Source: Candidatus Poribacteria bacterium (GTDB lineage Bacteria > Poribacteria > WGA-4E > WGA-3G). Taken from it: a stretch of 64,000 nt of DNA. Below the pieces are notes generated by a model. The model did no database searches. It had not been told where the DNA came from and saw nothing but the letters and a program-made list of their open reading frames with translations. The stretch lies in assembly GCA_965205015.1 (NCBI GenBank), contig OZ242029.1, forward strand, positions 3,840,001 through 3,904,000, read 5' to 3'. Numbering within the stretch: position 1 is the first letter of the stretch; each line of letters starts with the position of its first letter. A program made the position numbers and the translations under genes. Below, piece by piece: positions 19,844 through 29,692 of the stretch.

Positions 19844-20458
19844 TTAAAGCAAAGCAATTGCTTGTTCCAAAGCCTTTGCTCTGTGACTCATCTGGTTTTT
19901 TATTTCTTCTCCTAATTCTGCGAAAGTCTGATGATAACCATCGGGTACAAACACAGGGTCATAGCCGAAACCGCTCTCTCCCACAGGATCATGCCTGATG
20001 TGTCCCTCACACACACCGAGGACCACCTCAGGTTCGGCATTCGGATGTACCACCGCAATCGCGGCGATGAATCGTGCCTGCCGATTGTTAACACCTTCAA
20101 GTGCCTGAAGGAGTTTTGCAACCCGGGTCTCATCCGTTGCGTCTTCACCCGCCCAGCGTTTGGAGTGAATGCCTGGTGCGCCCCCGAGAGCATCTACCTC
20201 CAATCCGGCATCATCGGCGAGGGTAAGATGGGATGTATATTCAGCAATAATGGATGCCTTTTTAACAGCATTCTCCGTATACGTTTTCCCATCTTCAATT
20301 ACCTCTGGGGCATCTGGATAATTTTCCAAAGAGATAATTTCGATAGGAGAGGCAGAGGACCTATCCTGTACGGGCGAGGTAACCTCGCCCCTACGGCGGA
20401 GCATGTTCGTGAGTTCTCGTACTTTACCTTGATTACGCGTCGCTAATACGAGCTTCAT
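19844..20458 (-). CDS. rdgB: RdgB/HAM1 non-canonical purine NTP pyrophosphatase
   Basis: [43 protein letters not shown]; follows rph. Confidence 0.95.
   Translation of the reverse strand: MKLVLATRNQGKVRELTNMLRRRGEVTSPVQDRSSASPIEIISLENYPDAPEVIEDGKTYTENAVKKASIIAEYTSHLTLADDAGLEVDALGGAPGIHSKRWAGEDATDETRVAKLLQALEGVNNRQARFIAAIAVVHPNAEPEVVLGVCEGHIRHDPVGESGFGYDPVFVPDGYHQTFAELGEEIKNQMSHRAKALEQAIALL
20372..20394 (-). repeat. GTAG-type REP-like palindrome, in frame within rdgB
   Basis: GTAG-GGGCGAGG-TTA-CCTCGCCC, encoding part of RRGEVTSP. Confidence 0.8.
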
Positions 20459-21194
20459 CTAAATTCTCCAACATCATCCGATTTTGGAGTCGGATCAGTT
20501 GTTGTATACCGCCAACGGCGAGATCCAGCATTTGGTCATACTCGGTACGCGAAAAGGGTTTTTCCTCTGCGGTGCCTTGTATCTCTATAAATTTCCCGTT
20601 CCCTGTCATCACAATGTTCATATCGACATCCGCTGTTGAGTCTTCCGTATAACAGAGGTCTAACATCGGTTGACCGTCAATAAGTCCGACACTTGTAGCG
20701 GCAATGTTATCGGTAATAGGAAAATTTTTAATTCGTTTCCTTTTAACAAGTGCTTGGCAGGCATCCCAGAGCGCGATGAAGGCACCTGTGATAGATGCAG
20801 TGCGTGTGCCCCCATCAGCCTGAATGACATCACAATCGACCCAAACGGTATGCTCTTGCAAGGCATCTAAATCTACCGCGGCACGTAAGGAACGCCCGAT
20901 AAGACGTTGGATTTCCTGTGTTCTTCCGCTGACGCCGCCCCGGGTTGCCTCACGTTGCATCCGTTCAGAAGTAGAGCGGGGTAACATAGAGTACTCCGCT
21001 GTCACCCATCCCCTATTTCTGATACGCTGGTTACGCATAAAACGCGGCTGTTGGTCAATCACAGAGGCGGTGCATATCACCCGGGTATCCCCAGTCGCGA
21101 TGAGAACAGAGCCTTCGGCATGTTTGATATAGTGTCGTTTGATTGTGACGGGACGCAGTTCATCTATCCCGCGTCCATCCTCTCGGGTTTCCAT
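20433..21194 (-). CDS. rph: Ribonuclease PH
   Basis: [46 protein letters not shown]. Confidence 0.98.
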   Translation of the reverse strand: METREDGRGIDELRPVTIKRHYIKHAEGSVLIATGDTRVICTASVIDQQPRFMRNQRIRNRGWVTAEYSMLPRSTSERMQREATRGGVSGRTQEIQRLIGRSLRAAVDLDALQEHTVWVDCDVIQADGGTRTASITGAFIALWDACQALVKRKRIKNFPITDNIAATSVGLIDGQPMLDLCYTEDSTADVDMNIVMTGNGKFIEIQGTAEEKPFSRTEYDQMLDLAVGGIQQLIRLQNRMMLENLDEARISDA

Positions 21195-21365
21195 GTTCTC
21201 TTTCCTATTTTTTATTCGTTATCGGCAGTCAGGTGTTTTTGCTTAGGTGTTTCCCGAGGTTTTCTACGAAAACCCTTTCAGCAGTCGGTAAACAGGGCAT
21301 CGTTAAACGAAAACCGTCTTACCGATCGCCAATTGTCTCTTTCCCATCTTGCTGACCCCTGACGG

Positions 21366-21578
21366 CTATTCTAAGGTTTCCAGCAATGCCAATGCTTTTG
21401 TGTAACTTTTCCGCTCAAGATAGTGCAGAAGCATCTTAGGGGCTGTCGGTGCGAGCGCTTGAGAGAGTGCGTTAATCTGTTTTAACTGTTCCATGATATC
21501 CTCGCCTGTCTCAATCCGCTGCATCATAGTTTCCAACGCTTGCCGAAGGTCAGAAAAACGTTCAATTTCAGCTTGCAT
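21366..21578 (-). CDS. Small conserved hypothetical protein
   Basis: 70 aa helical ORF ending LLHYLERKSYTKAL, overlapping the upstream gene in the same operon. Confidence 0.7.
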   Translation of the reverse strand: MQAEIERFSDLRQALETMMQRIETGEDIMEQLKQINALSQALAPTAPKMLLHYLERKSYTKALALLETLE

Positions 21579-22485
21579 CTAATGGCTCCAATTCATCAAC
21601 GGCTTTGCAGGTTCGCAGAGAGACGTTGTTAGGCGATGGATCGTAACCTTTCCACGCATAAGGATCGACGCCAGAAACTGGGATGATGCATCGTCGATCG
21701 GCACTGGCGGGACGTTCTCCGTCTTGAATTGACCAAGGTAACAACGACCATGAATTGCAGTAATGGTTCACCAAAACCCTGCGATATGTATCTCCCCGGT
21801 TTTTACGAGAACGGTGAAGTAGATAACCGTTGAAAAACACTAATGCGCCGGTTGTAACTTCAACGGGCACCTCATCTGTGTCATCAAAACCGTAACTCTC
21901 CCAAGCAAAATCGAACTCATCAGGGTTCTCGTGGTATCTCTGTGGGTAGAGATATCCTTTGCGATGTGAGCCGGGAAGGACCCACAAACATCCATTTTCT
22001 ATGGTTGCATCGTCCATTGCCGTCCACGCGCCAATCAAGGAGCGATCGCGGGTCGGAATATAAAATTCGTCCTGATGCCATGCCTGCCCCTGAAAATCTG
22101 GCGGTTTTACAAAGAGCATCGACTGCATACACTTGACGCTTCCGTCCCAATACGGAAGATGTGCCGCAGTTATCTGACTCAGGATACCACAGATTTTCGG
22201 GTGCTTGACGTATTTCTCGATAATTGGACTGACGAAATGAGGCTGATGAATGCAAAGGATACGTCCAATTGCCTCTTCATCACCGATATCTTCAGGAAGC
22301 GGTTGGAGGCTGTCACACGGATATCCACCTTTCGCAAGCGTAACAGTATCCTGCCGCAATTCCTCTACCTCATCCAGAGAAAGCAGATCTGGGACAATAA
22401 GATACCCATTATCAATAAAAAATTGGACCTGTTCCTCAGATATAATTTGTGGCACCTCAATCGGTGCACTCGGTTCAAAGTTCAT
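21568..22485 (-). CDS. Phytanoyl-CoA dioxygenase (PhyH) family Fe(II)/2OG oxygenase
   Basis: WHQDE, DDATIENGCLWVLPGSH, LLHRS..N. Confidence 0.92.
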   Translation of the reverse strand: MNFEPSAPIEVPQIISEEQVQFFIDNGYLIVPDLLSLDEVEELRQDTVTLAKGGYPCDSLQPLPEDIGDEEAIGRILCIHQPHFVSPIIEKYVKHPKICGILSQITAAHLPYWDGSVKCMQSMLFVKPPDFQGQAWHQDEFYIPTRDRSLIGAWTAMDDATIENGCLWVLPGSHRKGYLYPQRYHENPDEFDFAWESYGFDDTDEVPVEVTTGALVFFNGYLLHRSRKNRGDTYRRVLVNHYCNSWSLLPWSIQDGERPASADRRCIIPVSGVDPYAWKGYDPSPNNVSLRTCKAVDELEPLDAS

Positions 22486-22520
22486 TTTTTAATCTATTGC
22501 TCCTGTGCGCGAGCCTATAA

Positions 22521-22575
22521 AGGAACGCATCCGATAGTTCTAACGCCCGTTATTTCACCGCAAGGTAAAATTAAA
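22521..22575 (+). repeat. Family A element 3' portion; its TTAA contains the stop codon of the vWA gene
   Basis: GGAACGCA..ATAGTTC.AACG..CCGCAAGGTAAAATTAAA aligns with 38596-38650. Confidence 0.75.
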
Positions 22576-24709
22576 CACGGTTGGCGAGGAACATCTCTGT
22601 TATTGCTAAAGCAAAAACCGCAAACATAAGATAGATCCATACATTCTGATTACGCTCTACATCCTCATTGTATTGCGCCACGAGTTCTGCTGTGGGTTTA
22701 TCTTCGACTAATTCGTCAGCCGTGCCTTTCAGCATACTCGTGAGCTCCTCAATATCACGCGCTGCAAGATCGGACTCCGTGGTATCAACGTTGACGACAA
22801 AATAGTCTGTAACTTCTGTGCCAGACCTATGAACTGAATAGATACCGGGCATTGCTGTGTCCGAATATAAAACACTATTTTGTGGTATATTCTCTGCTGT
22901 AGGTGTAACAGCTGTGTTCTGTCCCAAGCGCGTCTCACTGTTATTTGGATTGAAGATAGCGATCTCTTTGTTCCTGGTTCTACTCTTATTCTCAGTTTCT
23001 GAAACCTTTAGTTCTATGGTGTCTCCGACGCGGTAATCCGGCAGTGTTTCTGCGTCTTTCAGTGCGAGATACTTAATAGCTTCATGAAGGAAAGGTAAAT
23101 AAACGGCGCGAATCGGTAAATCGTTCCATTCTCGGTCTATGGTCGAGGTAAAACAGAGGACACGCCCCAGGTTTCCGTAAGGTTTCTCAAAGAGTGCAGG
23201 ACTGCCATCATCATAAGAAGCAATGACGGTGGCATTTTCCGTGGGTACCGCCTGAAAAATTCTATAAAATCGCGCCTTACCAAAATCGCCATGGTTCGGT
23301 TCCTTGAACGCAGCGAAAATCGGGTGTTCGTACTTCACTGTCGCCAGGACACGGAATTGCTGACGATCGAAAGCATCGCCGACGGGTCGGACGAAGTTAC
23401 AGGGCATCAAACCTATCTTGCCACCAAGGCGTTGTTCGTAGGCTTCCGTGTCTATGTTATCGCCCACTGTCAGAATCAATCCACCGCCTGCAGCAACGTA
23501 GGTCGCCACGCGTCCGGCTTCATTAGAAGAGAGTTGTGCTACATTGGCAAGCACCAGAACATCGGTACGATCGAGCGTCGCCGCGCTGGGCACCGAACTC
23601 GATTCGGTAAAATCAATAGGCACCGCGTCACGACCTGCCGTAAACGCCATTTTCATGAAAAACGTTTCCATTGTCTGATAGGAGCTTTGTGTCCGCGGTT
23701 TGTCACTGACCGCATGAACCCTGATTGACCGGAGACTTTGTAAAGTGAAATAGCGTTTGTTGTCGACCTGGAGCGCATCTTCAGGCAGTTCAACCCAACC
23801 TGTATGCGTCGCCTCGTCCTGAAAGTCCACACTGAAAGCAGCATCGGCGAGATCGTCTGGCTCAATGTCCAGCTGAACGGTGTGAATCATATTTCCATCT
23901 ACGAACAGACGGACCGGTAGATTTTCAACTGCCTCATCACTGAAATTATGGACGCGTGCAACCAGATAGGAGGTTTGCTGTTCCTTCAGGATTACGGGTG
24001 GTACATTGAGATCTGTTATCGCGAAATTCTGCGGTTGTTCAGGATGGACATCGATAAACTGAATTTGGACATCAGCGTTGAGTTTATCCGTTTCAATGAA
24101 GTTCTCCCATCCGCGTTTTTGCATATCCGCAATCACGTAAATCTGTTTTTCACCGATAGGAATAGACGCAAGTATTTCGTCAGCGGTTTGCAGCGCATCT
24201 AAATAATCTGTAGGTTTATAGGTGGCTTCTGCATCGTTCAAAGCCGCCTGAATGTGTGAAAACTCTGAACCGAGTGGTGCAACGACACGAGCACTGTCCG
24301 AAGAAAGAATAAGACCAGCGGCATCGGTGGCATCAAGCCCGTCAAGAATTTTGATACCCTCCTTTTTTGCGTTCTCAAATACTTTCTCATATTGCATACT
24401 ATAGGAGGTATCCAAAATGATAATTGCGTTTCGTTTGCCCCCCGTTTTCTGGGCAATGATTGGGGCTTCCGCGAAGAACGGTCGCGCAAACGCAAAACCG
24501 AGCAGTGCCAATATCAAAATACGCATGAGCAGCAGCAGTAACCGTTTCAATTTATGCCGTCTCACGTTCGTCTGATGCGACATCTGGATGAAACGGATGG
24601 TACCGAACACCAATCGTCTCGCGCGTTCCCGGTTCAACAGGTGTAAGATGAGCGGAATTGAGGCACCAACAACACCTGCTACCGCGAATAAAGGGGCTAA
24701 AAATATCAT
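22571..24709 (-). CDS. BatA-domain/vWA membrane protein with Ig-like and GATase-like domains
   Basis: N-terminal PLILHLL..FG..RF..LL.R..AFARP (BatA), MIDAS DTSYS, DNKRY, C-terminal TM ending EMFLANR. Confidence 0.9.
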   Translation of the reverse strand: MIFLAPLFAVAGVVGASIPLILHLLNRERARRLVFGTIRFIQMSHQTNVRRHKLKRLLLLLMRILILALLGFAFARPFFAEAPIIAQKTGGKRNAIIILDTSYSMQYEKVFENAKKEGIKILDGLDATDAAGLILSSDSARVVAPLGSEFSHIQAALNDAEATYKPTDYLDALQTADEILASIPIGEKQIYVIADMQKRGWENFIETDKLNADVQIQFIDVHPEQPQNFAITDLNVPPVILKEQQTSYLVARVHNFSDEAVENLPVRLFVDGNMIHTVQLDIEPDDLADAAFSVDFQDEATHTGWVELPEDALQVDNKRYFTLQSLRSIRVHAVSDKPRTQSSYQTMETFFMKMAFTAGRDAVPIDFTESSSVPSAATLDRTDVLVLANVAQLSSNEAGRVATYVAAGGGLILTVGDNIDTEAYEQRLGGKIGLMPCNFVRPVGDAFDRQQFRVLATVKYEHPIFAAFKEPNHGDFGKARFYRIFQAVPTENATVIASYDDGSPALFEKPYGNLGRVLCFTSTIDREWNDLPIRAVYLPFLHEAIKYLALKDAETLPDYRVGDTIELKVSETENKSRTRNKEIAIFNPNNSETRLGQNTAVTPTAENIPQNSVLYSDTAMPGIYSVHRSGTEVTDYFVVNVDTTESDLAARDIEELTSMLKGTADELVEDKPTAELVAQYNEDVERNQNVWIYLMFAVFALAITEMFLANRV

Positions 24710-24712
24710 TCC

Positions 24713-25687
24713 TCAAAGGACTCCTTGACGCTTCGCAAGATAGGACGCCAGTGCTAAATCAATCGGTGTTGCTGTTGTTATCAGGTTGTAATCAATATCC
24801 GATTGCCGTAGGGCGAGCCTATAAGTATCAAGAAATTCGTTGAAATTATTCAAATAACTCTCCTGAATCGCTTGCGGCGTTGTGATAATCTCAGCATCAT
24901 TTTCCGAATCGATAAAACGGATAAGGGCTTCTGCACTCCTTCCAGCTTCAAAGTCATCAAATGCAAGTTCCTGATGTGCGAGCACATGAAAGACGATGAC
25001 TTCGTGTCCCTCATATCTGAGATGCTCTAAACCCTCAACGACCTCTGTTTGATCTTCATCGTAGAGGTCGGAGACGAAGAGGACTAAGCCTCGCTTCGTT
25101 AGACGTTCCGCGATTTGATGCAAGGGCGTCCCCATCCGTGTGCTTTTTGCCGTCTGGAGCGTCTCCAACGTGAGTAAGATCGAATGCAAGTGCGATGTGC
25201 TACTACGAGCGGGAAGGTATTGGCGAAGTGTATCATCAAAGTACGCGAACCCAACGGCATCCCGCTGCTTTGCCATAAAATAGGCAAGTGATGCGATGAG
25301 GAAACTGGCGTATCTCAACTTTGTTAGCTTTTGTCCTGTACCGCTCTCCTCTATCGTCGGATCATCCACTTGTGCCGCATCCAACGGATGCAACATAGAC
25401 GCACTGGCATCCAAAAGGAGGTAGCAATTGAGATTGGTTTCTTCTTCAAATTGTTTAATATAGTAACGATCCGTGCGAGCGTAGGCTTTCCAATCTATAT
25501 GTTTCGTATCGTCTCCGGGCATGTATTGTCGGTATTGCGAGAATTCGACACTGAACCCGTGGTATGGACTTTTATGGAGTCCGGAGATAAAGCCTTCAAC
25601 GACAAATTTGGCAATTAATTCAAGATTCCCGATTCGGGCGAGGATTGCTGGATCTAAAAATGAGCGTCCTGCTGGGCTTTGTTGCAT
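24713..25687 (-). CDS. DUF58 domain protein (MoxR-vWA system component)
   Basis: GLHKSPYHGFSVEF.QYRQY.PGDD..IDWKAYAR, KQFEEETN, LDASASM. Confidence 0.95.
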   Translation of the reverse strand: MQQSPAGRSFLDPAILARIGNLELIAKFVVEGFISGLHKSPYHGFSVEFSQYRQYMPGDDTKHIDWKAYARTDRYYIKQFEEETNLNCYLLLDASASMLHPLDAAQVDDPTIEESGTGQKLTKLRYASFLIASLAYFMAKQRDAVGFAYFDDTLRQYLPARSSTSHLHSILLTLETLQTAKSTRMGTPLHQIAERLTKRGLVLFVSDLYDEDQTEVVEGLEHLRYEGHEVIVFHVLAHQELAFDDFEAGRSAEALIRFIDSENDAEIITTPQAIQESYLNNFNEFLDTYRLALRQSDIDYNLITTATPIDLALASYLAKRQGVL

Positions 25688-25804
25688 ACGTATTCTCTCG
25701 AAGGGCGGTCAGCAATCAGTCATCAGCAGTCAGTTTGAAGAGGCGTCCGTTTAAGAACGCCCTTTTCTTGCTGACAGCCGAAGGTTGATGGCTGATAGCC
25801 ATTC

Positions 25805-27745
25805 TTATTGTTTCCTCAAAATAAGTAGGGTAAGGTCGTCAAATTGATCGGCTTCTCCCTGAAACCCCATGACTGCTTCGTGCAAATATTCTCGGATCCC
25901 CTCAGCGTCAGAATCCTTGCAGGCTTTGCAATCCTTTACGAGTCGGTCTTCCTCATAGTATTCATCTTCAATATTGACGGTTTCCGTAACACCGTCTGTA
26001 TAATATACGACGACATCCCCACTTAAGAGCTGGACATTCTCCGCTTCATACTCAGCGATGCTTGACACCATATCGTTCGGAAACATCCCGAGTGGAATAC
26101 CGCCAACCTCTTCACCCAACCACTTACAGGTGCCATCCTTTCTGATGAGCAGTGGCGGATTATGTCCTGCATTGAGTGTCGTCAAGATATCCGTATCGGG
26201 GTTAAGGTGACTGTAGAAGAAAGTCGCGTACTTCTCTTCTGTTCCACTGGCGTAAAGGAGCGAGTTAAGCGTCAACGCCATATCGATAAGTTCAGCGTAC
26301 AAGGCGGTCACACTGAGATCGTTTTGCTCTGAATCTTCCGCCGTAGCGTTTTTTCCACGCGACAATTCGGAGATAAGCCCTGCGCGCAGTGTTGCCATGA
26401 GAAGTGCCGCTTGCATCCCTTTTCCAGAAACATCTGCGATTGCGAGTCCCCAATGTCCGGTTGACAAGGCGATGCAATCATAATAGTCGCCGCCAACGGG
26501 ACCGCGTGGCTCATAATGCCCGGCAATTTCGTATCCAGGAATGTGAGGTAGCATCTCCGGAATAAGGTTCTCCTGTATCTTTCGAGCTTCCTCCATTTCC
26601 GCTTGTAATTGACGGGCTTCCAATGCTTCTTGATGTAGGTGCGCGTTTTCAATAGCGACCCCTGCCTGTTTCGCAAAGGAATCAAGTAGGATAACATCCT
26701 CATCGGTAAAGGGGGCGATCATACCCCCACGTTCCTCTTTATCGCCAACAACGAGGATGCCCAAAATGTCCCCGTCGCGTCCGGGAATAGGGACTGCCAT
26801 CAAATTCTTTCCACCGAAAAGTGTATCGGATTTTGATGGGCAGTGCCCCGGCAAACCTTCTTTGACAACAGATTTCAGCATGTCTACGGACGTTGTTTCC
26901 AAGGATACGGGTGTCTCTTCACCGTAAGGAACGATGGGCCAGTTAGCTCCGGACTCGGCTGTGGAACTTTCAACCAATGTCTCTGGAAAAGTGTAGTGCA
27001 TCTCAATTTCTTGACGTTCCGGGTCGGTGAGCATAAGTGCCCCCGCGTTAGCGTCTAAGAGTGAGACGGCTTGGTGCACGACCTGTTCTGCGGCGGCTTC
27101 AGGTTGTAAGAGTTGGCAAATTTGCGGAGCACTTTCAGCAAGCATGAACAATCGGAATTTTTCGCTTTGAACGCCCTCCACCATTTGCGAATAAGCGATG
27201 GCGATCGAAATTTGGTGGGCAAGCGTTGTTAATAATTCCTTCTCCCATGCTTCCAATGCTTCTCTGCCCAAAAAACTGCCTAAACCAATCATTCCGAGAA
27301 ATTCATCTTGAATTTTCAGAGGCACCCAAAGACGTATGTCAATCGTTTCGACGAAGTTGGCAGTCCGATTAAAGAAGGGTTCAAGACCTTCTGGAAGGTT
27401 TGCATTCTCAATGAATGGATGTTGCAGCAACCCCTCAATTTCGCTTTGTTCAACGGTGATAGGGGAGAATACTTGCTCTGGCGATGACGCAACAACCTCA
27501 AGATTCTGCCGCGTCGGGTGGTAACGCAGTATTGCGCCGCGGGTGACTTGCAAAGTTCCAAGCGTGATCCGGAGATAGGTTTTACTTGAATGATTAAAGT
27601 TGCTGTGTCCAGAGATCAACGTTTGTCCCAAATGTTCTAACTCGGAGAGACTAAAGATAAGCCGCTCCATCGTCTGTTCTGCGGTATTTGGCGTTATATG
27701 GGTTTGCAAACTGCCTCCTGACGTAGGCTTGCTTGAATCTTTCAT
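25805..27745 (-). CDS. GAF-GAF-SpoIIE PP2C phosphatase (RsbU-like)
   Basis: Two GAF domains, VGGDYYD, IADVSGKG..AAL, NAGHNPP, YTDGVTE, DDLT; start placed at 27745 because the longer start lies in a MITE. Confidence 0.93.
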   Translation of the reverse strand: MKDSSKPTSGGSLQTHITPNTAEQTMERLIFSLSELEHLGQTLISGHSNFNHSSKTYLRITLGTLQVTRGAILRYHPTRQNLEVVASSPEQVFSPITVEQSEIEGLLQHPFIENANLPEGLEPFFNRTANFVETIDIRLWVPLKIQDEFLGMIGLGSFLGREALEAWEKELLTTLAHQISIAIAYSQMVEGVQSEKFRLFMLAESAPQICQLLQPEAAAEQVVHQAVSLLDANAGALMLTDPERQEIEMHYTFPETLVESSTAESGANWPIVPYGEETPVSLETTSVDMLKSVVKEGLPGHCPSKSDTLFGGKNLMAVPIPGRDGDILGILVVGDKEERGGMIAPFTDEDVILLDSFAKQAGVAIENAHLHQEALEARQLQAEMEEARKIQENLIPEMLPHIPGYEIAGHYEPRGPVGGDYYDCIALSTGHWGLAIADVSGKGMQAALLMATLRAGLISELSRGKNATAEDSEQNDLSVTALYAELIDMALTLNSLLYASGTEEKYATFFYSHLNPDTDILTTLNAGHNPPLLIRKDGTCKWLGEEVGGIPLGMFPNDMVSSIAEYEAENVQLLSGDVVVYYTDGVTETVNIEDEYYEEDRLVKDCKACKDSDAEGIREYLHEAVMGFQGEADQFDDLTLLILRKQ

Positions 27746-27764
27746 AGGATTGCATCCAGATGAT

Positions 27765-27817
27765 TTAACCATCAACACGTACTTTAACCTGTATCGCGGC
27801 GTCGTGTTGATGGTTAA
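27765..27817. mobile_element. Short MITE-like element (53 bp) with 15 bp perfect TIRs
   Basis: TTAACCATCAACACG...CGTGTTGATGGTTAA. Confidence 0.75.
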
Positions 27818-27954
27818 GGTTTTTATTTTTTATATATGTTACGACAAACATATTCCTAAGGCACGGGAACATGTCCTCCCCAAAAGGCGTCCGCGAATAT
27901 AAAGCAAAACAATTTCTAATTTATTTCCGGATTAAAAATTGACGACGCCAAGCG

Positions 27955-28299
27955 TTATAGATTCGCGACAGCAGATTCTTCGTCTGGAAAGATACCTGCG
28001 TATTTGGCAATTGCCATCATGCGGAATGTGCGTTCCTGTGTGGCAGACAACCCACAGAAATTCAGGGTGCCTTCGCGTTCAGTGAGTGCCTCTATAATTT
28101 CAATAAGTATAGATATACCAATGCTGTTAATGAGTGTTGTTTTTTCAAGGTTAATGACGAGTTGCGTACAACCCTCCTGAATGAGTTGCTGTGCTTTCTC
28201 GGCGAGTTGCTCTCCGAGGGCATCATTCAGGTATCCCGTTGTTTCAATGATCGCGTGCTCTTTCGCCTCACGAATTTGAATATCGAATTTGTCCAACAA
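27955..28299 (-). CDS. STAS anti-anti-sigma factor (RsbV/SpoIIAA-like)
   Basis: GYLN, LVINL...INSIGISIL phosphoacceptor motif, EESAV; AGGAGG RBS. Confidence 0.9.
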   Translation of the reverse strand: MLDKFDIQIREAKEHAIIETTGYLNDALGEQLAEKAQQLIQEGCTQLVINLEKTTLINSIGISILIEIIEALTEREGTLNFCGLSATQERTFRMMAIAKYAGIFPDEESAVANL

Positions 28300-28506
28300 A
28301 TCGCTTACCTCCTTAAGTTCTTAACTTGGACTTGTGACCGGTTTCCCCAAGACAGAAACGTGATATATAAGAAAAACATGTCGTTATAACAGCCTATTTG
28401 ACACAACTTCCCGAATTATCCGCCGTGCGTTCAAAATGTGGCACTATAGATATAGTGTCCAACGGATTTCCTCAATAGGAGACCTGTGCAATAACGACAC
28501 AACACC

Positions 28507-28938
28507 CTATTGAGAGGACTTCTTTTTCGTGAAACTGACGGTTGTCCCGTTAGGGCTGCTTTCTATAATCACTTCATCCATTAAAGCTTTAATGATTTGT
28601 AAGCCTCTTCCGCGCTTCCGTAAATCGGGGTGTACACTTGGCCTACCAAGTAAGCGGGTACCGTCCAGTGTATCTGCTGTTATACCGACCCCTCGATCCG
28701 TAATTTTGACCTCTAATTGATCATCCGTAACTAAAAACTGAATATGTACTTCCTTATCCTCGCTTTGGCTATGTTCAGAGGCGTTGATGCAAGATTCGAT
28801 GATAGCGAGTTGAATCTCTTCAACTGCTTCTTCGTTGAAGTCTTTCAATTCAGCGAGGACGGAGCCAGTTTTCGCTGCGGCAAGTTCCATATCAGGGTAC
28901 ATCGGTATAGTGAGGAGTACTTTGTGTTCATTTGACAC
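28507..28938 (-). CDS. RsbW/SpoIIAB-like anti-sigma factor Ser kinase (HATPase_c)
   Basis: LAIIESCINA.EH, ITDRGVG, RGRGLQIIKALMDEV, GTTV. Confidence 0.92.
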   Translation of the reverse strand: MSNEHKVLLTIPMYPDMELAAAKTGSVLAELKDFNEEAVEEIQLAIIESCINASEHSQSEDKEVHIQFLVTDDQLEVKITDRGVGITADTLDGTRLLGRPSVHPDLRKRGRGLQIIKALMDEVIIESSPNGTTVSFTKKKSSQ

Positions 28939-29083
28939 GCTAATCTTCCCTCCTTGCTATGATTTATGTTTGTATTAAGAATCCTATAAAAATCCACCTA
29001 AGTTGGCACTTTCCGGAAATTAAAGGTTTATGAAAAACTTGATTAAACATAATACTATATTTTTTGAAATTATGTCAAGAATT

Positions 29084-29638
29084 TTATGGCACAAGCGACT
29101 TTGTCTCGTCAACAATCCAGCGAGCCTCAGCTATTCGTGCAGATGCTTCTGATAATTCCGGTTGATAGGTCGCAAATTTCACCTTATCACAGTTGGTGAG
29201 CACGTGTCGCGTCCGTTCAATGTATGGTGTGGCTATTTCAGCACGTAGCATCGCCTGAAGTAATCCTGTCGTTGTCAATTCCAACGCTGGAATTTGATAA
29301 CGTGCATCGATATATTGGCGGAGGACATAAGCAATTTGGGTATGATAGGTCTCCATGTCGCCACGCGTTAACCAATCAGCGGCTTCAATTGCCGTCAGTT
29401 TCTCGTAGGCTACCTCATGTGCCAACGGTATATCATTCTCATCCGTTGCAGGGACAGGCGGCGGTTGACGGCGTTTTTGGAGAGAATACCATACCCAAAT
29501 AGATGCCAAACCGAGTATCGCTGTACCACTGATAAAATAAGGCAGTAGGTTCTGCGACATTTCTAAGGGCGGTTTGATGTCGCGTAGGTTTTGCCCTCCT
29601 AAAGTCCCCTGCATAAGTATTTGTATAAGTACAGACAT
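29084..29638 (-). CDS. DUF4381/BatD-associated single-TM protein
   Basis: LRDIKPP, TM helix, LRQYI..RY..ALELTT, DKVKFA. Confidence 0.75.
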   Translation of the reverse strand: MSVLIQILMQGTLGGQNLRDIKPPLEMSQNLLPYFISGTAILGLASIWVWYSLQKRRQPPPVPATDENDIPLAHEVAYEKLTAIEAADWLTRGDMETYHTQIAYVLRQYIDARYQIPALELTTTGLLQAMLRAEIATPYIERTRHVLTNCDKVKFATYQPELSEASARIAEARWIVDETKSLVP

Positions 29639-29692
29639 ATTTCTTTCGGAAAGATGCGACGGACAATCAGATATATCCGGAACCGGGACATT

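Noticed and set aside
27746-27778. Longer start of the PP2C gene (MLMVK...)
   Set aside because: That start lies within the MITE terminal repeat.
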